Below, piece by piece: positions 1 through 10,800 of a stretch of 62,896 nucleotides of DNA. The stretch is from a virus. Its lineage: Duplodnaviria; Caudoviricetes. The stretch spans positions 1 through 62,896 of IMG/VR virus record IMGVR_UViG_3300030202_001144; one strand, given 5' to 3'. A program made the translations under genes and the position numbers. How positions within the stretch are numbered: the first letter of the stretch is position 1; each line of letters begins with the position of its first letter. Under the pieces are notes generated by a model that was given only the letters and a program-made list of their open reading frames with translations, did no database searches and had not been told where the DNA came from.

Positions 1-2
1 AA

Positions 3-1145
3 CCAAAAGGAGACGTCAACAGACAATCCCTTAACTTACATCAATGCGCGGTTGTCGGCGATAAGTTTATGCGAAGACTTGTTGCAGGAGATAACAATGC
101 TAGAAAAAAATGGGGGAAGTTATTACAGAAACGTAAAGCTACTGGTGAACCTTATATCTTATTTAAGGGAAATACAAATAAAAATAACCCAATAGCGTAT
201 AAAGACAACGCGCTTAAAGTTCACATGACAAATATATGTAGTGAAATAACATTACATACAGATGAAAATCACTCATTCGTTTGTTGTTTGTCTAGCTTAA
301 ACCTAGCTAAGTATGACGAATGGAAAAATACAAATATAATTTATGACTCAATATGGTTTCTTGATGGAGTGCTTGAAGAGTTTATACAAAGAGCTAAATA
401 CAGAAAAGGATTTGAAAACTCTGTAAGATCTGCTGAAAAAGGTAGAGCGTTAGGTCTAGGTGTACTCGGCTGGCATACATATTTACAAGAAAAAGGTTTA
501 CCATTTGAAGGTCTATTGTCACAATATGAAACAAGAAGAATTTTTAGTCAAATTAAAATCGAGTCTGAAAGAGCTTCAATGGCTCTTGCTGATGCTTATG
601 GAGAACCTCTTTGGTGTGTCGGTACTGGCTTTCGCAATACCCATTTACGTGCTATTGCTCCCACTGTATCTAATAGCAAGTTATCTGGAAATATCTCTCC
701 CGGGATTGAACCGTGGGCAGCAAACGTCTTTACAGAACAATCAGCTAAAGGTACGTTTATACGGAAAAATCCTACACTTGTTAAAGTTTTGGAAAAGGTA
801 GGAATAAATAATAAAGAAACATGGGACAAAATATTAGCAGATGGAGGTTCGGTACAAGATATACCAGAATTAGACGAAGATACAAAAGAAGTATTTAAAA
901 CATTTAAAGAAATAAATCAATTAGAATTAGTTAGACAAGCTGGTATACGTCAACAATATATTGATCAGTCAGTTAGTTTAAATTTAGCATTTCCAGCTGA
1001 AGCAACTCCTAAATGGATAAATCAAGTTCATTTAGATGCGTGGAAAAAAGGAATAAAAACTCTGTATTATATGCGTACAGAGTCAGTCTTACGTGGAGAT
1101 ATAGCGATGAAAGCAATGGAAGACTGTGTTAGTTGTGATGGGTAA
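3..1145 (+). CDS. nrdA: Class I ribonucleotide reductase alpha subunit (5' truncated by window)
   Basis: Frame open from position 3; NICSE (NxCxE), CCLSS, IAPT, QQYIDQSVS, KTLYY and C-terminal CxxC (CVSCDG) motifs. Confidence 0.95.
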   Translation, partial: PKGDVNRQSLNLHQCAVVGDKFMRRLVAGDNNARKKWGKLLQKRKATGEPYILFKGNTNKNNPIAYKDNALKVHMTNICSEITLHTDENHSFVCCLSSLNLAKYDEWKNTNIIYDSIWFLDGVLEEFIQRAKYRKGFENSVRSAEKGRALGLGVLGWHTYLQEKGLPFEGLLSQYETRRIFSQIKIESERASMALADAYGEPLWCVGTGFRNTHLRAIAPTVSNSKLSGNISPGIEPWAANVFTEQSAKGTFIRKNPTLVKVLEKVGINNKETWDKILADGGSVQDIPELDEDTKEVFKTFKEINQLELVRQAGIRQQYIDQSVSLNLAFPAEATPKWINQVHLDAWKKGIKTLYYMRTESVLRGDIAMKAMEDCVSCDG

Positions 1146-1147
1146 TT

Positions 1148-1172
1148 AAAAAGGGAGGCGCAATGCCTCCCT
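1148..1172. terminator. Intrinsic terminator between convergent arms
   Basis: AGGGAGGCG-CAA-TGCCTCCCT hairpin; A5 run gives a U-tract on the minus strand. Confidence 0.75.
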
Positions 1173-1218
1173 AATTACTGGAACTTTTGGGTATGGTACG
1201 CCCATTATTTACTTGTTC

Positions 1219-1683
1219 CTATATTGTTTTATATTTAGTTTTACCGTTTTCATCTTTATAAGCTTTTAAACAACGGTTTCTATTTTCTTCTGGTGAAACA
1301 TATGATACATGTATCCAATTAGGATTCATATCTGTACCAAATTCCCATATAACTTGATCAAAGTCTAACATTTCTCTTATGTAGGTAAACATTTCTGCAT
1401 TAGATCTTCTTCCATATACATCGTCAATATCAATTGCTTGACCTTTACAATGTTGACTAGATGCAACACCACCAATTGCTGTATTAAGTTCTGGTGATCT
1501 AAAAAATGAATTTACTTTTATTGGTCCACCAACCCAAGATCTTAAAGGTTCAAATACTTTTTCAGCAGTAACTTTCATATTTTCTAACTGAGTAGGATTA
1601 GGTGTATTATCTATTCCTTTACGCTTAGCAGTTTGTGAATGTATTGCTTCAGCATAAGTTATGTGTTTACTTATATTTTCCAT
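1219..1683 (-). CDS. Peptidase M15A family endolysin
   Basis: NSFFRSPELN..GG..SQHCKGQAID and WIHVSY zinc-ligand motifs; start moved to MENISKH (1683). Confidence 0.85.
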   Translation of the reverse strand: MENISKHITYAEAIHSQTAKRKGIDNTPNPTQLENMKVTAEKVFEPLRSWVGGPIKVNSFFRSPELNTAIGGVASSQHCKGQAIDIDDVYGRRSNAEMFTYIREMLDFDQVIWEFGTDMNPNWIHVSYVSPEENRNRCLKAYKDENGKTKYKTI

Positions 1684-1684
1684 A

Positions 1685-2071
1685 TTATTCTCCACATTTT
1701 TTACTAGGGTTATCAACTCTTCTCCAGTCTTCTTTTTCAAACCAGTCTCTAAGCGTAGCTCCTTTTTTACGAGCACCCTTTACATTTGTTTTAGATGATC
1801 TTCTATATTTACCTTTAGCACCTGCAGATTTTTTAGCATTAACTAATTTCTTTCTTTGTGCTTTACTCATACTACGTATTTTAGAAGCAGGCAAACAAGT
1901 TTTAGTTGTGCCACCACCTTTTTGTTTTTTCTTTTGTACAGGATCATCTATCATCTTAGCAGGTGAAGATTTACGACAACTACCCTTGGCACCTTTTTTT
2001 GTACCAGGAACTCTTTCATATCCTTTCCAACATTTAACAGGAAAAGGATTATTAGACTGTATATATGACAT
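1685..2071 (-). CDS. Small Lys-rich protein (CWKGY motif; DUF5872-like LRDWFEKEDW segment)
   Basis: ORF track, start moved to MSYIQ; family recognised from memory. Confidence 0.6.
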   Translation of the reverse strand: MSYIQSNNPFPVKCWKGYERVPGTKKGAKGSCRKSSPAKMIDDPVQKKKQKGGGTTKTCLPASKIRSMSKAQRKKLVNAKKSAGAKGKYRRSSKTNVKGARKKGATLRDWFEKEDWRRVDNPSKKCGE

Positions 2072-2072
2072 A

Positions 2073-2231
2073 CTATTTTTTCTTTTTACCTCCTCCAAAT
2101 TTACCTGGACCTCCAGCTTTAGTGCATCTTACACCCCATCCTGAAGCATAAGCACTAGGCCAAACTTTAAATTTTCTTTTTGCAGCAGCTTTACAAGCTG
2201 AACTAATTTTAGCATATAATGGTGAACTCAT
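2073..2231 (-). CDS. 52-aa basic protein, DUF5872-like N-terminal motif (not in ORF track)
   Basis: Manual translation MSSPLYAKISSACKAAAKRKFKVWPSAYASGWGVRCTKAGGPGKFGGGKKKK; fills the gap between neighbours. Confidence 0.75.
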   Translation of the reverse strand: MSSPLYAKISSACKAAAKRKFKVWPSAYASGWGVRCTKAGGPGKFGGGKKKK

Positions 2232-2236
2232 AATTA

Positions 2237-2383
2237 TTATATTTCGCTAAACACCGCATAGACTTTAACTTCACGTTTTTTGCCTTTTGGTATTACAGCT
2301 ATTAATTCTTTTCTTTCTTTTACCAGATCCTCTTCAACTGGATAATACTTAGGATTTTTACTATTTAATTTTCTTTTTTTCAT
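2237..2383 (-). CDS. Small hypothetical protein
   Basis: ATG at 2383 directly follows the upstream stop codon. Confidence 0.55.
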   Translation of the reverse strand: MKKRKLNSKNPKYYPVEEDLVKERKELIAVIPKGKKREVKVYAVFSEI

Positions 2384-2384
2384 T

Positions 2385-2933
2385 TTAACATTTCCATCTA
2401 CGTCTAGCAGCTTTACCTCTTTCACCGGTCCAGCCTTTTGATCTAGCGCAAAATGATTTTCTTCGTTTAGCAGCTTTGCTACCAGGTTTTACTTTACCTG
2501 TTACAGCTGTTTTTAATTTACTACCTGGGTTTTTACGTCTATATTCTTTAACTCCTTTTTCAGTCATACCAGCACCTTCTTTAGTAGTACGGAAATTACG
2601 ACCTTTACCTTTTGTAGTTTTTCTAGGTTCGTTACTTTTTTTTCTTTTTTTCTTAGGAACAACAGTGTCAATAGCTCCAGTATTATCTTGAGGTAGTTTA
2701 AAAGATTGTATTTTATTTTTAAACTCTTCTGTAGTAGGTTTTTGTCTACCTGATAATTCATATGGATCTCTTGGCCCAGTGCTTTTATTTATGTAATTTA
2801 CAGCAGCCATTGGTAATGAAAACATACCTAAAGAAGGTTGACCCATTAACGGTTCAGGAGCTTCTTCCATGTATCTAATTTCACCTTCTTGTTTAAGAGG
2901 GTAAGGAGATTTTATTTTAAATTTATTTCTCAT
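2385..2933 (-). CDS. Basic protein with C-terminal DUF6321-like domain
   Basis: GMTEKGVKEYRRKNPGSKLK...RRKSFCAR...RRWKC pattern. Confidence 0.65.
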   Translation of the reverse strand: MRNKFKIKSPYPLKQEGEIRYMEEAPEPLMGQPSLGMFSLPMAAVNYINKSTGPRDPYELSGRQKPTTEEFKNKIQSFKLPQDNTGAIDTVVPKKKRKKSNEPRKTTKGKGRNFRTTKEGAGMTEKGVKEYRRKNPGSKLKTAVTGKVKPGSKAAKRRKSFCARSKGWTGERGKAARRRWKC

Positions 2934-2935
2934 AA

Positions 2936-3334
2936 TTAAAATTTACTAGCATTATTAACTTCATTAATTGCTTCTTGTATTTCACTTAAATCAGCTGGTA
3001 ACATTAAATCTAAACCAGCTTTAAAAACAGTTTCTTTTATACCGTCTTTAAATATTATAAGTGTAGGTGCCATACGCACTTTATATTTTTTCTTAGCAGC
3101 TGGACATGCGGCTATATCTGCTCTATAATATATAACGTTTTCTAACTCTGACCATTGCTCAAATTTATTTGCATCGTTAAACTTAGCGTAAAACTCTACA
3201 ATTACAGGTTTTGTTTGATCATCACCAAAAGCCTGTCTTTCATTTATCTTATTATCAAAGTTACCATCAGTAATCCACTCTTGAGCTGACATATTAAATG
3301 ATATTAATAATAAAATTATATTTAAGTATTTCAT
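2936..3334 (-). CDS. Secreted thioredoxin-fold protein lacking CxxC
   Basis: Signal peptide MKYLNIILLLISFNMSA|Q; KPVIVEFYAKF and YKVRMAPTLIIFKDG thioredoxin signature. Confidence 0.7.
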   Translation of the reverse strand: MKYLNIILLLISFNMSAQEWITDGNFDNKINERQAFGDDQTKPVIVEFYAKFNDANKFEQWSELENVIYYRADIAACPAAKKKYKVRMAPTLIIFKDGIKETVFKAGLDLMLPADLSEIQEAINEVNNASKF

Positions 3335-3335
3335 A

Positions 3336-3623
3336 TTATCTACCTCTTTGTTGCAACTCGTATAAGCGTTCGTCAATTTTCTCTATAGTTTCTTTTATTT
3401 CTTCTACATCTTCTTGCGTATCCATAATTGTTTGACGAATTAACTCATCTTTTAAATCATATTCTACCCTATCAATAACTGGTTTGGGTAATTCTTTAGC
3501 AAGAGCTATATCAGCCTGCATTACAAAGTATAAGCTAGCTAATGACACTACACCTCCTATTATTATTCCTATTGTTTTAAGATCAAGTGTTATTTTTGTA
3601 TCTTCACCTATTTGATTTGCCAT
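3336..3623 (-). CDS. Single-TM membrane protein with C-terminal coiled coil
   Basis: IGIIIGGVVSLASLYFVM TM segment followed by a heptad-like charged tail. Confidence 0.7.
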   Translation of the reverse strand: MANQIGEDTKITLDLKTIGIIIGGVVSLASLYFVMQADIALAKELPKPVIDRVEYDLKDELIRQTIMDTQEDVEEIKETIEKIDERLYELQQRGR

Positions 3624-3624
3624 T

Positions 3625-4800
3625 TTATCTTAGTGTTATATTTAATCCAACTGAGCTGTTGTATATTCTACTATCCCAAAACTTAGTATATTCACCTTCA
3701 AAAAACACACCAATGCTTTTACTAAGTTTCCAACCAAACTGTACTCCTGTTTGATAATCTTCCCATTGTTCTTTTTCAGCGTCTTGTACTAATCCTCCTA
3801 ATCCCCAATTATTTCTATTGTGATAACTAAAGTCTTCATCACCTTTTACATATTTGTGGTAAGGTAATAAATAAGAACCATAAGCATGAAGCCAAAAGTT
3901 ATTTTTATAATGATAGAAGTCAAAACCGAGCACTGGTGATATAACACCAAAAGCATCTATATCTTCCCATATCTCATTATTATAACGATTCATAAGATCA
4001 GTAAACACTGTTTGCCTAAATTGTAAATCTGTATAAGCTACAGTTTCACCTTCAGGATTAATCCAATACCAATCACTTATTTCATTTCCATCTTGATCTT
4101 CTGATGTGTAATAAATATCATCATAGCCATAATAAAAACCAAGCGTGTACCATGGGTTTACAGCCCATCCGTTTTCATCTGTTTCGTTTAACCATATTTC
4201 TACAGGATTATAACCATAAGGTCTTTCATGTGTACGATACATGACTCCAGCTGATAAACTAAACTTTTTACCAATAGGTAGTTTAGCTCTTAACTCTGCA
4301 GATTTATAATCAAAGTTTATTTTACCTTGTGCTCTACTTTCAAGCTTAACAATATGATATTTACCGCTGTGTTTTAAGAAATATCGATGATTTTTAAATA
4401 CATCATCTCTGACTCTTTCTTTTTCAGTATGAAATACATATTCAAATCCATTAATCGCTGAGTTAGGAGCAGTCATAGATACGTTAGATTCAGTTCCATC
4501 GTAGTATTGTTTGCCTTTTAACTCATAATCAAACCTAGCAATCTTACGAATACCAAAACCATAGCGATAGTCATGATCGTAATAATCTGTACCGTCAACA
4601 ACAACAGGCACATCATACAAGTTACCATTAGGATTTGTTCTTACAAAATAACTAGGTGCATTTTCTTTTGAATTTTTAATATCTCCAGAAATATAAACCG
4701 TACTATATTTTAGAAAGTCTTTAAATAATTTCTTTTTTTCTTGAGCATTAGCAGAGACCGCAAACGCCACCACAAAGAGGACAATTTTCCATAATTTCAT
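3625..4800 (-). CDS. Putative outer-membrane beta-barrel protein
   Basis: Sec signal MKLWKIVLFVVAFAVSANA|Q; aromatic-rich amphipathic beta strands; C-terminal strand SSVGLNITLR. Confidence 0.65.
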   Translation of the reverse strand: MKLWKIVLFVVAFAVSANAQEKKKLFKDFLKYSTVYISGDIKNSKENAPSYFVRTNPNGNLYDVPVVVDGTDYYDHDYRYGFGIRKIARFDYELKGKQYYDGTESNVSMTAPNSAINGFEYVFHTEKERVRDDVFKNHRYFLKHSGKYHIVKLESRAQGKINFDYKSAELRAKLPIGKKFSLSAGVMYRTHERPYGYNPVEIWLNETDENGWAVNPWYTLGFYYGYDDIYYTSEDQDGNEISDWYWINPEGETVAYTDLQFRQTVFTDLMNRYNNEIWEDIDAFGVISPVLGFDFYHYKNNFWLHAYGSYLLPYHKYVKGDEDFSYHNRNNWGLGGLVQDAEKEQWEDYQTGVQFGWKLSKSIGVFFEGEYTKFWDSRIYNSSVGLNITLR

Positions 4801-4806
4801 TTTTTA

Positions 4807-4896
4807 TTATTTATATTTTTTAAACATTAATTTATATAATAGCTTATTCCAAGCTTCCTGTAGTTTGTCTACGAATTTTGTAAATTTTTCTTTCAT
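4807..4896 (-). CDS. 29-aa cationic amphipathic peptide (not in ORF track)
   Basis: MKEKFTKFVDKLQEAWNKLLYKLMFKKYK; fills the gap between two genes, A-rich start context. Confidence 0.55.
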   Translation of the reverse strand: MKEKFTKFVDKLQEAWNKLLYKLMFKKYK

Positions 4897-4899
4897 TTT

Positions 4900-7800
4900 T
4901 TAAAATTTTATTTTAGGTGCAAAACGTAAATCATTATCAAATTCTATATTTGGACCAAAATCTAATTCACTTGCTCTGCCTCTTCTACCACTTGATCCAT
5001 CTTCTAATCCTAAGTTCCATGTGCTATAACCTAATAAGAACATAAGCCTTAAGAAATAACTATATTCTTGATTAAACGCATTAGAAACATTTGTTAGTTT
5101 ATTATATATTCTAGATGTAGGTATGTTTGTAAATCCTTCAATTACTGCGGCTGCAGACTGTATCATGTATGGATTTTTTAAACTAAACAACCCATGCTGT
5201 TCTACTAACCAATCATTTTCTTTTTTATTCCAAACTAACGTGTTATATGCTTGGAAAATTTTTCTAGCTTTTATTGCTATAGGTGTTAAACCATCTGTTA
5301 AAGCAAGTGCAAACTCTCCTGATTTATACATGTTTTTAGGATCATTATATAATTGATAACCTTTTAAACCTATATTTTTAGCCCATGCTAAGTAAGCTCC
5401 AGGTAGTCCAGCACCTCTTAACATACTGTCAAGCCAACCATTCCAAAATCTACTTTCTTGTTTATCATATTTACCGCTTGGCCACTCTTGTTCTTCTTCA
5501 TCAAAAAACTTAGCAAACAACGCGTTTTGTATAAAAGCAAATACCGCGTATTGAAGAGTGCTATAATATAAAACTTTAGAAGCATTGTTAAAGTCACCTT
5601 TACCAATTTTAAATTGAGAAGGATCTTTTAATCCTGTACCTCTACGTTTAATTAAATCAACAGCGCCTCTTTTAATTATTCTACCGTACTGTAAAGGTGT
5701 GTTTTGAAATGCTAGCATTAGTCTACCCATTTGACTTGCTTGATTCATAGATATTTTAGAAGGATCACCAGATTGCTGTGCTTCTTCAGTTAATTTAAAC
5801 CAATCAAAATAAGCTTTTTCTTCTGCTTCAGCTTTACTAAAACCTTCATTTAAATAAGTTCCTATTCTATTTCTATAAAATGTAGCACCACCTGCTGATA
5901 TTGCAATACTATCAAATATTCTAGTTAATATAAAACCTTTTTTAAGCGTCCAAGAAATTAAATTATTAATTACTGTTTTAAAATCTTTTTCTTTAGTATT
6001 TCTAATTATATCTTGTATTTCTTGTTCTTGCAAACTAGTTAACATACCTTGTCTTCTATCTTTCATGTAATCAGAATTCCATAAATATAAAAAGTCTTTA
6101 CTCATCTGAGGTACATTAGCCATTGCTACACCAAATTTTAAAACATTATTATCTGATGTATTTATATAGTTTATAGTAGATATAAGCTGTAACATAGCTG
6201 ATCTAGCATTTAAGAACATTGTTACACCTACAGAACCATTTAGCCAACCCATAAAACCTGATGTTGCTTTGTCTTGCTCTCCTTTGTTTTGATTTTTACC
6301 AGTTTTCATACTGTAAATCATATTTTCTAAAGCTTCTCTATATGGTTTACCGTAAACAGCTTCTAGTTTATTATACATTTCAGGTGTAAAAACTAAATCA
6401 ACTTTTTGTATCCAAGGTGCTAAATATTTTTTTCTATCAATATTAACTAATTTTTTTGAAATATCTATCATTAAAGTACTATAACTCCAATCAGCTTCAG
6501 GTTCAATATAACCATTAGGTTGTTTAGAAAGCAAGCTAACTTCACCAGCAAATGTTCTTAACGTTTTATCTTTTCTTATAATATTTGATAATTCAAATTC
6601 ATTTTTCTTACTTAGACCTGGTATTTTCATTCTACCTTTATTCCATAAATAAATTCTAACAGCATCACCATATGTAAACTCACCATATCCAGGTACTTTT
6701 TCTTCTAATCTACCTTTTATTCCAGGGTATTTATTTAGCAACGTCATCCAACTATTAAGCAATGATATTCTAGCTTTACGTAGATTAAGGTTACCCATTT
6801 CATATGGGTCTAATAAATTTTCATATAGCCAATCAATTTGTTGATCACCTTTTGCTCCACTAGCTCTAGCTAACATCCATAGTAATCCTTTGTAATCTTG
6901 ATCAGCAGGGCCCATCCACCAAGTATTTCTATATTTACCTTTTTTACCTTTAGCTCTAGCTTCAACATTATCAAATTGTTTTTTAGGAGATATGTTTTCA
7001 TTTTCAGCTACAATCTGATTTAAACCTTTATTTAAATCTGTACTATATTCATCATAGTTGAAATCACTAGAAAACTTAACATCACCTTCTTCTAATAGTT
7101 GTTTAGTTAATTTACCTTGTGAGTTTTCAATATTTCTAAATTCAAAATTATTATAACCTTTAGAAAACTTATCTATTAAATAAAAAGCAACTGTTTGGTC
7201 TTTCATCTTACCTAGATTAGGTACAAAAAACTTTCTAGAGTTTTTAACTTCGCTACGCTTAGATTTAACTTGGGTGTTGATCTTTGCTTTAGCCATAACC
7301 TCAGACATGAGTATTTGTTGTAAAGCTGTTCTACCTTTAAAGAAAGGACTTAAATCATTGTTAATACTAAATCTAACGCTAGACGATTTACCACTTGCCA
7401 TGTCATTAAGAACAGCATCCATTATGTTATCGTTCTTTAATTCATTATATAAGTTAGGATTTTTATTACCTATTTGGTTTAAAAAACTTTGATTTCTTAA
7501 AGACTTTCTAGCTTGTTGTAATACAGCAACATTAGTAATTAATCTAATTAAAGATGTTCTTCTATCAAAAACACCAGTTAAACCTATTTCTCTACCTGTT
7601 TTTTCTGTTATTTCTACAGGACCTAATTGTTTTAATTCTGCAGCAGGACTTTTACTATATTTATTTATAATTTCTGTAGCTTTAGCTTTACCATAATATG
7701 TTTGTAAAAACAATGCTCTTGTTACTTTTTTCTTTTTTATTCTTTGACCTTCATCGTTAAATTCTTTTAAGACTTCTGGCATCATTTTAGCAGAATAAGT

Positions 7801-10800
7801 AGACTCACCTGTTATAGGATCAACTGGATTATTAATAACATCAAGTAATAACTTCCAATTGTCATACATAAATTTATCTAAATCAGAACCTTTTTTAAAA
7901 GTTATTGTTCTAACTAATGGGTACAATTTGTCTTGTAAAAGTTTTTGAAAATTATAAAACTGTAGTGTTTCAATATTAGGTGATCTTAATATTTCATTTT
8001 CTACTTGCTTTATAATCATTTCTACAGGGTTTTGATTAACTCTTAAAGCTTCATAAGTTTTAACAATAGAACCAGAACCTAAATCAAAAGCTTCAAAACT
8101 TCTTAATTTTTGTAATTCATCATTTTCCGCCTTAGTCCTACCTTGTATAGCTTCTAATTCTAAACCTCTTTTTAAATCTCTTTTTTGTTGTTCTAATTGT
8201 TTTTTAACTTCAGGATCTTCTTCCGCAGCTATTCTTTTATTTATAGTTGTATCAGGATCATCTAAAGTTTCTAAACTAATAATTCTATCACCTAACGGTA
8301 TAGTTTCTATAGTAATATCATTACCATCTACATCTACAAAACTAAAAACAGGATCACTTAGTAGTTCAATTAATTGATCTTGATCTTCATCAAATTTAAT
8401 TTTTTGTTCTTCTGCAGTTGATTCATCTATTTCACTAGTAGTTCTTTCATCTATTTCACCAGTAAATTTTTGAGTTGTAATACCAGGTTTTTTTAAGGCT
8501 TCCTTTATTTTATTATTTAACTGAGCATTTATCCATGCGTTTAAATCATTGTTCTCTGTTATTGTTTCACCTTTTTTGTTTTTATAACCTTTTTTATCTT
8601 GAGCTTCAAGTCTTTTAGATATTTCAGCTTGACTCATTCCTTTCGCCGCTAAACCATCTTTAAATTGTTCTCTTAATTTTAAAAATTCTTTATTAAAGTT
8701 TCTTATGTGTTTTAATAGTTCTACCTGTGTTTCAGCTATTAAATCCTCTATTAAAATATTAGGTAGATTAGAATATTGAGTTTGTATTTTATAACCTATA
8801 ACATCAGCATAATCTTGTAATATATCATACACAACACTATCAATACCTGTTTGTGTAGAAAATACTTCAGGACTATAATAATCGTTTATATTATCTTTAA
8901 ATTCCTCAGGGTTTAATCTTTTTGTAACTTTTAAAGAAAACTTAGTATCTATTTCATCTGCTAGTTGACTTTCTTCTTCGTCAGTTGTTGCTGCTGTTGC
9001 GGCTGCTGTAACAGCTGCTCTACGCTGTGCTCTTTTTCTATTTTTTTCAACTATAGTTTCAGCTACTTTTTTAAAACGATCAGCTTGTTCTTGCTGTCTT
9101 ATTTTTTTCTTTTTAAGTTTTTCTTTAGTAGTTGTTTCAAGTTCTTTTTCTTCTTGCTGTAATCCCTTTTTTTCTTCTTTTGTTAAACCTTGTTTTTCAC
9201 CTAGCTTTTTAAAAGCTCTATTATATTTTAACATACCTGATTTAACACTTTTATTATAATCACGCAGCATGTTAAATACATCTTTACCACTACCTAAATC
9301 TATATCTCTTGCACCAACAAATTGCATAGCTCTTCTCCAAGAGTTTCTAATTTTTTGTATTGCGTCTTCATCATAACTTAAGTTTATATCAGGATCACCT
9401 ATAGCTTCTGAATATAAAGTTAAAGCTTCTTCCCAACTATTACTTAGTGATTCATCTATTAGTCTATCACCTTCTTGTTTACTTATAGCTTTGTTTTGAA
9501 CACTTCTTCTAACTTTTTCTTTTACATCCTCAGCTCTTTGTAAATAACCTAATAATCTTCTTTTAAATGAACTAGGTAATACACTTTGATCTGCATCATC
9601 TTTTAACTGTAAATCTAGCTTAGCTAATTCATTAAATAAAGCTTTACCAAGCAGTCTACCTGCTTCCGGATCATTTTTAACTACTTCGTTTATTAACGCA
9701 TGTAAAAATTCATGTTGAGCTGTTTGAGTCATTCGTCTACCAGAAGCATCAGGTTTACCAGCATTGTATTTAAATTCAAGAGCATATTTAGTTCCGTCTT
9801 GATCAAACATAGCTCCAAATGAACCTTTTTTAAGGAATCTATTTTTTAAATATCTTTCAAACTCTTGATTTGTCATTTCTCTACCAAGACTTTTACTATA
9901 TCTATTTACAGTGCTTTTTAAATATTCTAAAGCTTGTTGTTCATTGTCAAAAGCTTTATATATAGTATTACCTGCTACACCAGCTCTAGCAGCTGCCATT
10001 ATACCTTTTCTTTGTGACTTAGTTAACTCGTTATAATAAGTATTATTTATTCTGTCTTTTAACGCTTGAATTTGATCATCATAACCAGTAAAACCTTTAG
10101 GAGCTTTTTTCTTATCGTTTTCTAGTTGATTTAACTGTTGTATGTCAGATAAAATAGTCGAAGCTGCTTTAGCTGACATATTTGGTGGAACATGATTAAT
10201 AGTATTTTTATATTGATCAACTTCACCTAATAAATTATCTACTTCTTGCTGTGTATATATACCTTGTTCTATTTGACTAGCTAACAATGATTTTAAATCA
10301 GACTCATTGTAAGCCATAAATGCTAAAGAATTAAATCTATCAACAGCGTCCCAACCCATAAACTCTCTTAACTGCTGATTTGCAGAAGAAGTTATTGTTC
10401 CTGCGCCTGGCATAAATGCACCAGCTGTAAATGATAAAGCAGAAGTGTGTATAAAATCTTGTAAAGTATAATCTTCTTTGACTATTTGTTGACCAGCTTG
10501 TCTATTAATATCAGCACCAATTTGAGTTGTTTCTCCAAACTGTTGTATATTTTCTTGAAAAAGCTCTTTCCAACCTTCTCTTTGTATCATATCAGCTGTT
10601 CTGATAATATCTTTTCCAGTTTGTTTTAAACCTTCTCTAGTTCCAAATCTTTGACCTTGTGTTTTCCAAAAATCACTCCAACCTTTCCAACCACCTTTCA
10701 TGTATCTTTGAACAGCTACTTCAATGTTTTCTTTAACAGGTTTACCAAATAATAAGTTTTGAGCTTTTGTTTGGGGACTTATAGGTGCTGTAATAGCATA

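Noticed and set aside
460-801. 113-aa +1-frame ORF inside nrdA
   Set aside because: GTG start, no recognisable features, no clear compositional boundary; not excluded without homolog comparison
1635-2691. Plus-strand ORFs opposite the late genes (and similar antisense ORFs elsewhere)
   Set aside because: Shadow frames of Lys-rich genes, with no initiation context or motifs
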